Assembly: GCA_016748015.1 (NCBI GenBank)
Contig: JAAOMT010000301.1
Coordinates: 62,001 to 126,000 of the forward strand
DNA from: Geosiphon pyriformis uo1
Lineage: Eukaryota; Fungi; Glomeromycota
Reading direction: 5' to 3'
Length of the DNA stretch: 64,000 nucleotides
Shown piece by piece: positions 14,247 through 24,399 of this stretch. Made by a program: the position numbers and the translations under genes. Each line of letters opens with the position of its first letter. Position 1 is the stretch's first letter. Below the pieces are notes generated by a model that ran no database searches, was not told the DNA's origin, and saw nothing but the letters and a program-made list of their open reading frames with translations.

Positions 14247-14945
14247 TGTTATGGTTAAACTTATACTTCTTATTAATTATCACATGTATTAGCCACTGAT
14301 GTTACATAAATTAGCCACTCTATTTTTAGTAAGTGATTATTGACCTGATTAATGACCTAACTGTTGACCTGATCATTGACTTAATCATTAATCTAGTCGT
14401 TAACCTGATCATTGACCACTTTTGACAGCTATATAAGTGATGAATCTCTTAGCTATAGAAATACATGTAAGAAAAAGAAATAAAGAAATAAAATAACAAC
14501 TTTATCTTAATTCTTCATTTATTGCTAATTTTTCTTTTCTTACTTTTAAGTATTTGAACATCTTAAAGATAAAGGATTACTTATTGGTTATTTCTTACCC
14601 TTTTCCTGAAATGTGTAATTACAGTATTTGAAGATAATTAAAGAAAACATGACTAAAGAGTATATCTGATACCTGATATTGAATTCTAAGAGCACTGATA
14701 TGAGGCATAGAATTATACCAGGCATGATTAATTGTTGACAGTATGGACTATCCCTCTACCTTCAAATTCTCTGGTTATCCTTTGAAAAATATAGTGACTA
14801 AGATATTTTATAAGACTGATCTTACACATTGAATTTATACTTATTTAATTTACTCCTTAAAGTTGAATTCTCTTTGATTATTTTCATCACCCTACAATTC
14901 TGTTCTTCTTTGCTATCTGTTAACTTGTTACTCCAACCCATAACA
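14247..14945 (+). repeat. Element C 5' LTR
   Basis: Matches 31453-32128; tgacctgatca repeats; TATA-like tatataag at ~14430; AATAAA copies downstream. Confidence 0.92.
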
Positions 14946-14997
14946 TAAAAGTGATGCTCCCTGTGAAATTGTTAAAATCCACTTTGTTTCCTATTGT

Positions 14998-17339
14998 ATG
15001 GGTGATTATTCATACCTGCCATAACAATCAGAAGAACACTTTGAAGCATACAACAAAAATGATCTAGACTTTATTGAACTCAATTCTTTGTCTTTCTGCT
15101 TGATTTGCTTTCCCATTGAAGAACAATCCAGCAGACAATTCCAAGACTTTTAGAACTGGTTCCTGAATGAGCATTCAGCTAAAACCTACACAGCTTATAC
15201 AACCTATTACTTTAACCAAGCTTATTTTGAAGACAACTTTGAAGAAAGAAACAACAGCATTAATCAACTTTTATACTCAACAACTTTTGAACAACAGCCC
15301 TCTGATTTTGAATATCTGAATCATCAAATCCACATTTAGATTGCTGCTCATCAATCAACTGAAACTTCTCTTGAAACAGAAGAAGAAAGCTATCAAACTG
15401 TTCCTGTTTTTGATCTTTTTTCAAATAAATCAGAACACTCCACACAAACAGTTACATTTGAACCAATGGCTTAAGATCCTCTACAACAAAACATTCTGAT
15501 TGCTCTCCAAGATATACAGACTGCTTTAGGGCAAAGAAACAACATCCTATTATTATTATTCAGAGGTAATGCCCAAGATCCAATCAAATGGCTAGATGAT
15601 TTTGAGAGAACTGCCACAGCAAACCAATATGATAATGAATACAAGTTCCAAATCGTTGGTGGCTACCTCCAAGACTCTCTTGCTACTTGGTTCTCACAAT
15701 AAACCAATGCCAATACTTAGCAAAAAATTATTAGATAGGCACCAGCAAATGCTGGAGAAGACAATACCTTTTTTATTACCCAGTTTGAAACAAAATTTAG
15801 AACTCCCATCTTAATCTTAAAATGGCATATGGAATTAGAAAAAAGAACTTAAGACTCTGGTGAGGTTGTAACAGAATATGCCAAAACAATAAAAAAACTC
15901 ATTAAACAGATAGACTCTGGAAGAAATTGGACAAAAAAGCAGAAAATACATTCCTTTACAAAAGAACTGAGAACTGATCTATCATATGCTCTTTAGCCCT
16001 TTCTGGTCTTGAAAAATAATCTCACAATAGATATGGCCATTGAACTTGCTTAGAAAATAAAAGACAATTAAAGGATGCACCTAGGATCTACACTTCCAGT
16101 TTTTGCTCCTGCTCTCCAAATGGCTGCTACCTCTTTTGCTGTCCAAACTCAAGACCCAAATGAACAGTTAATAGATAGACTTACAGCTAATCTTACTTGG
16201 CTATTAGAATCATTAGTCCAAGCAGTCAGAGACAACCAGCAACCCCAAAGACCCAGATTTGAACTCCACTTCAATCAGTCCTAGCAACCACCATATTAAA
16301 GACAACAAAATTGTGGTCTACCTGTGTGCTATCACTGTGAACTAACTGGACACTTTTCCAGAGACTGTAACAATTCTTCATTGCATCCTCCAGCTCCCAG
16401 AAATAATGACATCCAGAATAATAGACCCAATAATAATAATGTTCTCAATCAAAGACCCAATTATGCCAACATCAATTTCTTTGGAAAGGATCCCCTAGTT
16501 AAAGCCACTGTTTATCAGTCTTTAAACTGGTAAGTACATCTCCAAAGGATAAGAGTGCAAGCCAACCAGAAGAAAACTTTTTTTACACTTTTAATCTAAC
16601 TGATGATGATCATAATATGGATAAACTAGCAATTAACACCTCTGAATCAACCAGAAAGAAGAAGAAAGCCAAGATTGATTTCGTCTTGGACCCAAACAAA
16701 GCATCCAAATCATCTGTTGATAACAATGAACCACCAAAGGCCAAAGTTTTCAAGAATTCTCCAAAGTTAGAACCTTCAGAAATAGTACAAAAATCTGGTC
16801 CTTATTCTGTTGTCAAAAATCTCATGGAAACCTCTGCACACATTACATTTGGCCAACTGATGACTCATCTACAGTTCAGAAAAGATCTTTACAAATCATT
16901 AATACCAAAGAAAAAAACACCAAAAACCAACAAACGCTCTTGCCAAGCTGGATTTGTTGATAACAGTAATGTTACCCCTCTGATTTGTAAAGCCCAAGTG
17001 GCTGGTTACTTCATTGATCTGATCCTAGACAGTAGATTATCTGTTAGTGTAATTGCCAAACACTTTTTTAAAGCAATTGGCAGAAAGATTGATAAGTCTT
17101 CCACAAGACCAATGACCAATGTACATGATAACAAGAAAAAAGGCCTGGGCATAGCCAAAACTATTCCTGTCTGCATCAATGGTATCAGCATTGAAACAGA
17201 TATGGAAGTATTTGAAGCAAAAGAGTACACTATTATTGTTGGTAATGAATGGCTTAAAAAAGCCAAAGCACTACTTGACTATAAACTTTGTGAGCTAATC
17301 ATCAGATGTAGTGAAAAATCCATTGTGGTTAAATATTAT
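14998..17339 (+). pseudogene. Element C gag and protease
   Basis: FRGNAQDPIKWLDDFE gag motif; CCHC CYHCELTGHFSRDC at ~16327-16368; protease LILDSR..IIVGNEWL. Confidence 0.88.
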
Positions 17340-18202
17340 TGTTACAGGTGACTATTTCTGGTGTTGAATTAAATAACAAATCTGTAATTTGGTGCTCAAA
17401 TCTAGTTGCAGTTGATAGTGATTTGAAGGTTTGTGTCTGAAAAGTTTATATCCAAAGAGTTTGGTTGAGTTCTTTGTATAATAGACAGAGATTCAATGGT
17501 AATAGTTTTATCCATAGCTTCCTGAAACCACAGTTTCATCAATTTTTTTCTTAGCTTGATGGCCAGTATTTTTCCTGGTAAGCTATCTTTAATCGAGTGT
17601 TCTACTCTTATTTCTAGGTTTTTTACCAGTCACGTTTATCCTAATGTTAGTACTCCATGCATTAATCCTCAATAGAATTAGTAAACAACAATAAAATTAA
17701 GGCCAGAAATAAAGAAAAGAAAAGAAAATAAAGAAAGAAAAGAAATAAGCCAAGGCGATTTGCAAGTTAATATTCCGTCAATAGTCATGATCAAGAACTA
17801 TTGTTCCAGTGTGGTTAAGTATCAATTACTATCAACATGGAGTGTTGATAGTGGCAGTGGGTTTGAGATAACAAACAGTTATTTATTTGTGGTTTGGAAA
17901 GTTGTCTAGATGAAATCTAAACTAAGAGGTCTGTCTTTTTAGCTTCTAATCCTACTGCTATATATATATAATTGAGATTCTTTAATTTCTCAATTCTTCA
18001 CAACAGGAATTCTGCAATTCTTTTGAGAGGAATCCTGGAATTCTGGAATCCTGTGATTCTTGCAATTTCTTGTGAGAATTCTGTAATTCCTGGAATCCTG
18101 CAATTCCTGAAAGGAATCCTGGAATTCTATATTTTACTACATCTACTTCTGATTGGTTAATAACTATGCTAATATATATTCCCTATATTTCTATGAGTAA
18201 CA
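17340..18202 (-). repeat. Element D 3' LTR
   Basis: Matches 26662-27532; ggaatcctggaattc-type U3 repeats; (TA)n TATA; AATAAA. Confidence 0.94.
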
Positions 18203-18215
18203 TTATTCCCTTTTT

Positions 18216-18872
18216 TTAATATTGAGCTCCGTCAAAATCTAACTCTGTTAATTCTCCTTGAAGTATTTCCTGAATTTCATTTTTGAGAATTACTTGTGTT
18301 ATTTGAGTCTGTAATTCTTCAAATTGAGTGTTGGTAATCTTTCTTAATTGATTACTGATAACTGTATTCATTGTTTTGTTGAGTAAGATTTCTGGTCGAT
18401 TCTGAAATGCTGTGTGTATTCAATATATGGCTTGGGCCTGTGTAGATAAGTTGTTCTTTCTCACAAAATGTTCTAATTGTTGTAGTATTCTTGTGTCAAA
18501 TAATTGCTTTGTTTTATCCGTATATAGATTTTGGATATTCACATGTTGTTCTAAGTAAAAATAACAATAGTTTCTTGGAAATTGTTGTATCCACCAATTC
18601 CAAGTTTCTTTAGTTAACTCTTGGTATAGTGACTCTTTTGTCAACTTTTTTATTGCTAATTTTACTTTTGCAATGATTTTGTCAATAGTATTTTCTGTTT
18701 TCTTCTGTGTTCTATGTGGTAATGTCTTTCTAGTGTTTTGATATTGGATAGTTTGTTGATTAATTGTAATTTCCATCTCTTAGTGTTGAATCAATTGAAA
18801 GAGTTGTTGTGCTAGTGAGTGAATGTTGTCTGTAATTTCCATTTTTCTGATATTTCTTGTCATGTCTACCAT
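18216..18872 (-). pseudogene. Element D ORF3 (~218 aa, two premature stops)
   Basis: One frame from ATG at 18872 to TAA at 18216; both internal stops are explainable as CAA>TAA and TGG>TGA. Confidence 0.75.
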
Positions 18873-18897
18873 GTTTTTATATATTCTTTTGATGAAT

Positions 18898-21700
18898 TAA
18901 TTTAATGTGTTGTTGTCAATGATAATGATTGGTTCCAGATTTCGTGGAATCTTCTCTGGTTGGACTAGTATCTTTTGTACTCCTAATTGTGGAATATTAC
19001 TGGTGGATAGTGGTGTGATGTTGTGGTATGGTTTCAGTCAATCTCTATGTGCTGCTTTGGTTAAGATTTTGTTATCCAGTCTTAATTTGTAAGCTTCATT
19101 CCTTAGAATTTTTTTATGTGAAATGGTCCATCCCATTTGGGGTCAAATTTTCTACTCCATTGTTTTTCTGCTTTGGTATGATGTAAGAGTACTTTGTCTC
19201 CAATCTTGAATTCAACTGGTTTGTCTGATAGTTGATTATCATGTCTTTTTTTCTGTTTCTCTTGTGACTTTTGTATGTTATCAGCTGCTTTTCTTTGTTT
19301 GTTTTCCAATGTTTCTATTAAGTCATATGTTCTTCTTAACAATGTTTCTTGGAAATTCTCTTCTGTTATTGGTTCAGTTGGATATGTGTTAACCTTTATC
19401 TCAACTGGTAATGTTGCTGTTCTACTGTATATCAATTCAAATGGTGTTGCTTGTGTGGTGTCTTGCTTAATTGTTCAATAAGCAAATAATACTGATGGTA
19501 TGAACAAATCCCATTTGTCCTGGTTTTTTTGGCTGAGTTTTGCTATTGCTTCACACAATGTTCTATTAAATTTTTCAACTAATCCATTGGTTTGTGGATG
19601 GTATGGTGATGATAGTAGTCTCTTAATTCCAAATCTTTGGCTTAGTTTTGCTAATGTTCTATTCACAAAATAGGTTCCTTGGTCTGATAATAGCTCTTTT
19701 GGACATCTATGTTGACAAATCAGATCTTGATGGATGAATTTGACAACAGATTCTGCATCTGCTCTTTGAATTGCTTTGGCTTCTAACCATTTAGTAAGAT
19801 AGTCCATGGCTACTGCAATATATCTGTTGCCTCTGCTGGTAATTGTCAATGGTCCGACTAAATCAATTCCAATGTAGTCAAATAGTTGTCCCACTTTGAT
19901 TGGTCTCAATGGTTTGCTGGGTCTTGTTCCTCCTCTTCTTTGACAAGCATCACAATTTTGCACATATTGGATGATGTCTGGATACATTAATGGCCAATAG
20001 TATTTCTTTTTGATTCTTTCTATGGTTGTTTTTTTATGAAAATATCTTGCAGTTGGATCTAAGTACATGTTAAACAGTATTGTCTCCTTTTCTGGTTCTG
20101 TAATTACTCTGGTTGGTTGATCTGAATCTTTTCTATTTTTCTAATAAAGTATATTTTGGTAAGTGATAAAATATTTGGATTGTTGTTTGATCCTCTTTTG
20201 TTCCGGTTGAGATAATTTCTCCTTGAACTGTTGAGTATCTATATAATGTTGAAGTTGTTGATATTTTTGTGTGTTCATCTTTTGTTATATTTTTATGAGT
20301 ATTGTTTTGGTTTTGTTATATTTTTGGATTGAAATGTTCTTAGATTTGTCTCATTTGCAACAAACCATCAGCATTTTCATTGTCTTTTCCCTTTTTATAA
20401 TATATGATATAAATATATGTCAAAAGAACCATTTTTCATCTTGACTGTCTTCCATCTCCAAATTCTTGTTTTTGGAGTGATGTCAATCCTTTGTGATCTG
20501 TGTACATCTCAAACTTTTGGCTCAAGTATTTTTTCTATTTCATAACTGCCCAATAGATTGCTAGATGTTCTAATTTTGGTGTTCCATAGTTCTTTTTGGC
20601 TGGAGTCAAACCTCGGCTGGCATATGTGACTGGATGTTCTCTTCTATCCAATCCTCTCTAAGATAGTACTGCTCCCAATGCTTAACTTAATGCATCAGTA
20701 GTGATAATGAATGGTTTACTATGATCTGAATAGATCAATACTGGAGCTTAAATAAGCTTTTTTCTTAAGATGTCAAATGCTTCTTGCTGGGTTTCAGTCC
20801 ATTCATACTTTGTATTTTTGGTTTGAAGATCATTGAGTGGTTGTGCTATCTTTAAAAAGTTCTTTATGAAGCATCTATAATAGCTCATGAATCCCAAGAA
20901 TAATTTCAGCTTAGTTATGTTGGTTGGTATTGGAAAGTTCTTTACTATCTCTATTTTCTCCAGATCTGTTTTTATGTTGTCTTTGCTAACTATGTGTTCC
21001 AAGAATTTTAGTTCTGTTTTGCCAAAAAAACACTTTGTTGCATTCAATTTTAATTCTGCTTGTCATAGTCTTTTGAAGATGACATAGATGATCATTAAAT
21101 GTTTTTGAGAACACATTAATGTTATCTAAGTATACAACTACTGATTTCCACAATAAGCCAGTATACACAATTTCTATTAGCCGTTGGAATGTAGCTGGAG
21201 CATTGGTTAAGCCAAATGGCATAACTTTAAACTCAAAGTTTTTTTCTCTTGTGATGAATGCTATTTTTTCTTTGTCGGCTGGATCTATGGCTACTTGCCA
21301 GTAATTACTATCCAAGTCTAATATTGAGAACTATTTGTTTCCACCGAAAGCATCGAATAGTTTTTGTATCTGTGGAGTTGGATAGCTGTCTTCACAAGTT
21401 ATACTATTGAGTTTTCTGTAGTCTACACAAAATCAGATTTTTCCATTTTTCTTATGAACAAGTACTACTGGTGATGACCATAGGCTTATTAATGGTTGAA
21501 TTAACCCATTGTCAAGCATTCAGTTGATCTCTTGATGAATGATTTCATGGCTGGCTGGTGGTACCCTGTATGCTTACTGTTTAATTGGCATTACATCTCC
21601 AGTCTTGATCTAATGCTGGATAATATCAGTTCTGCCAAATTCATTTTCACTGGTAAAGATGTCATTGAAATTATTAAGTAACATTTTTAGTTGCATCTGT
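18898..21700 (-). pseudogene. Element D RT-RNase H-integrase
   Basis: YWQV, MPFGLTNAPATFQR, YLDN (21121-21132), ITDA, YYWP..CDACQ, GIDLVGPL, LSDQG, GLVEKFN, WDGPF; no chromodomain seen. Confidence 0.95.
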
Positions 21701-22159
21701 TGAAGTGGGTCTAGATTTTTTATGTTCATCTGTTCCAATTGTTCTGGCTATAACAGATAACATTTGTTTCATCTGTAGATAATTTGTGATGTAATGTCCA
21801 CATATTCACAAAGCTGTGGAAAATCTGAAATGCTGCTTGGTGCTTGATCTTTAATTTCCATGGTTAAATATCTGAGAGTGGTTCCTTCCAGTATCTCTAC
21901 AATATTTCCAGTGTTGTTGTAGATGGGAATTTTGATATGGTTATGGCTTTTGGCTGGTATGTGTAGATTGATAAGTCCAATTTCTCCTAATTCACAAAGG
22001 GTTGTTTTTGCTTCAAAAATCTGTTCTTGCTCCTTCTCTCTTCTTTCTATTGCTAACATATATCGGCTATATGGTGGAATGGAAATTGTTTGACTGGTTG
22101 AGATAATTTCTCCTTGGCCAATAATTTCTTCCTCCACTATATTGACTGGTACATCTATT

Positions 22160-22593
22160 CTACCCATTAATCCAAATCTCTGTATCCCTTTTGCTGTTAT
22201 CCCTAATTCTTCTTTATTTCCCATTGACACTAACTGAGCTATTTTAACCAGAAGCAGGAATATTGCCTGTGCTATTCTTTCATTTGGCTCTATAACATAG
22301 GCCTTTTCTGAGTTATTTTGTAGCATAGCAATGATATTTCTTACATATCTTGCATCAATTATTTCTCCTCTAATGTTTATTCCTCTTTTCCCTAAACTAC
22401 TTCTTGAAGCTAGTTGAACTATTGTTGTTGCTGGAATTTCTAAGGCTATTTTGAAATCTATGCAGGTGCACAAATGTGGTTCCAATTTAATGGCATCTTT
22501 TCCTGGATACCTCAAATCAAATCTGACATTAGTATCATGTATGTGTTCTGGCATAATACTTTCATTATTATCACTGAACCATTTTAGTTCCAA
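22160..22593 (-). pseudogene. dUTPase domain within D pol
   Basis: All five trimeric dUTPase motifs in order: (AG)FDL, ASRSS, IIDARY, ERIAQ, KGIQRFG; deviations fit G>A decay. Confidence 0.9.
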
Positions 22594-22789
22594 TTTTCTG
22601 GTGAGGTCAAGAATTGCAATATATTGTTCATATTTTAAATCGGAGTTTAAATCTGAGTGGGAATTGTTGTTATTGTTATTGCTATATTAAATAGAGCTGG
22701 AACTGGTGTTTTTGTTGTTGTTATTGTCAAAGTTTGAATTAGGATTGAACAGTAATTCCAATTCCAATGTGCAGCTGTTGATTGGTTCT

Positions 22790-23450
22790 TTCTCTTCAGG
22801 AATTGTATAGATCATGTGTGGTAGTAGATTGTAGATAAGGTCACACTCATTACAGAATTGGAAGTCACATGGAATCAAACAGTAGTCACATAATTGGGTG
22901 TTGATTTCTTCCAAGCATTGTTCTTGTTCTTCTCTTATGGGTGCTAAATTCTGATAATGTTCATAGAATTCTTCTGGGCTGTTTTTTAAGTCAATAAAGG
23001 CATCCGGGTTGAGAACCAAAACAATGTCTGTTGGTTCTGAAAGGTTATTTTTGATCTCCAGAATTTTACTGGGCAAAGCGCCTTCTACTTTGGCATTGGC
23101 CATTTGCCAGATCTTGTCTTTATTGTGTAGATAGTCATCTAAGCAGGATATAGCTCGGTGTCATACTGCTATTATGGGTGTATCACGACTCATTTAGTCA
23201 CTAATGAGGATTGTGTATTGGCATGAAGTGTCATACATTCCTTCTCAACCAGAAATGTCATTCCACATTCCTTCGTTAAGTAATTGTTTGCCACAAGCAA
23301 GACATGGTTTGTTGTTGTCTTTTTGGGTAGCCATATTGTTCCTTATGGCAGAACTTGCAATAGTAATGAGTTCACATTTAGTAGTCTTTGTCTGGCACTA
23401 CCCAAGCTCCCATTGAGAACAGTTTTTTTCCACAGTCCTTGCATTTGAGA
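22790..23450 (-). pseudogene. Cys-rich putative zinc-binding domain within D pol
   Basis: CKDC..CKFC..CLAC..CDTSC..CDYCLIPCDFQFCNEC; homolog in B at ~10090-10720. Confidence 0.65.
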
Positions 23451-23879
23451 GGTATATATAACAGCTCTTTTATTGGTTCATGTGAGTATTTCTTTTTCCA
23501 GCCACTAGTTATTTCTTCTGCAGTGGTGGTTTCTTCAGGTATGTTTTCTTCTCTTCCTTTCTCTTTTTTCTTGTTCTTTTCTTTCCAATCTAGAATTGGT
23601 GGCATCTTGCTTTGGTTGTTGTTGGTCCAAGCATTGATGGTGGCTTCCCAGGTAGGTTCTTCTCTTTGTTTCTCTTTTCCATTGTCGTTGTTGTCCCAGG
23701 CAAATATTGGCGGCAGTTTGTTGTGGTCAACATTGGCCCACGAAACTTGGTATGCTTTCCAGGTGGGTTTTACTTTTTCTTCCTCGAATTTGATAAGTGG
23801 TGTTGATAGTGTGATAATGGGCTTGAAGTGGCCACACATGGCTGGTACCTGTGTGTGTCAACCATTCTGGCTAAGCTGG

Positions 23880-24210
23880 AGCTCTTGGGTGTTCCAATCT
23901 AGGGTCACATTGGTTTTGGACAGCCAGTCGTTCCCAATGAGTACTTGATATTAAGTGGCTTTCATAACAAGTACTTTGATTGGTACTATGATGCTGTTGA
24001 CTTCTATGGAGAAATCATCAATCTCTCCAATAGGTGTTTTGGTCGCTCCATCAGCTGTAATAATCCTGGCACTGGCAGCGTGATCAACTTGGCAACCTAA
24101 TTGATCTATGAGTTGTCTTGTAATAATGCTGCCAGCTGATTCACTATCTAGGATCAGTTTAATGGAGTGACCATTAACTTTTGCATCAGTGTACATCGTG
24201 GTGATGGGTT
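23880..24210 (-). pseudogene. Element D aspartic protease
   Basis: LILDSESAGS (DSG decayed) ... VLIGNDWL. Confidence 0.88.
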
Positions 24211-24399
24211 TCTCCTTGAGTGCTGTTCCATTGAACAAAGATGAGTTGATGGTTTCCTCCAATTTGAAAGGAAAGATGGCTGTGAAAGATTTATTTTCAG
24301 TAATCATTACTGGTGGAATATTGTTGGTGAGTGTTGTTTGGAGTGAGTTGGATTCCAAGTTGTTGGTGGTGGCATCTTCTGGGGTAACCAGGAGACTTA

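Noticed and set aside
14467-14550. Intron-like segment in the C LTR (GTAAGA..GCTAAT..pyrimidines..AAG, 84 nt, present in both LTRs)
   Set aside because: It overlaps the AATAAA copies expected in R, a spliced intron would tend to be lost on retrotransposition, and such motifs arise easily in AT-rich DNA. No RNA evidence.
18000-18130. CRISPR-like repeat array
   Set aside because: Short degenerate tandem motifs with no unique spacers, inside a eukaryotic LTR.
18216-18872. ORF3 as a retroviral env gene
   Set aside because: Too short, with no signal peptide, furin site or transmembrane segment.
23388-23948. Antisense ORFs over TE and gene regions (e.g. 23388-23948, 43498-43959, 50731-51108, 54261-54617)
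   Set aside because: Shadow frames of real coding or TE sequence on the opposite strand, with no recognisable motifs.
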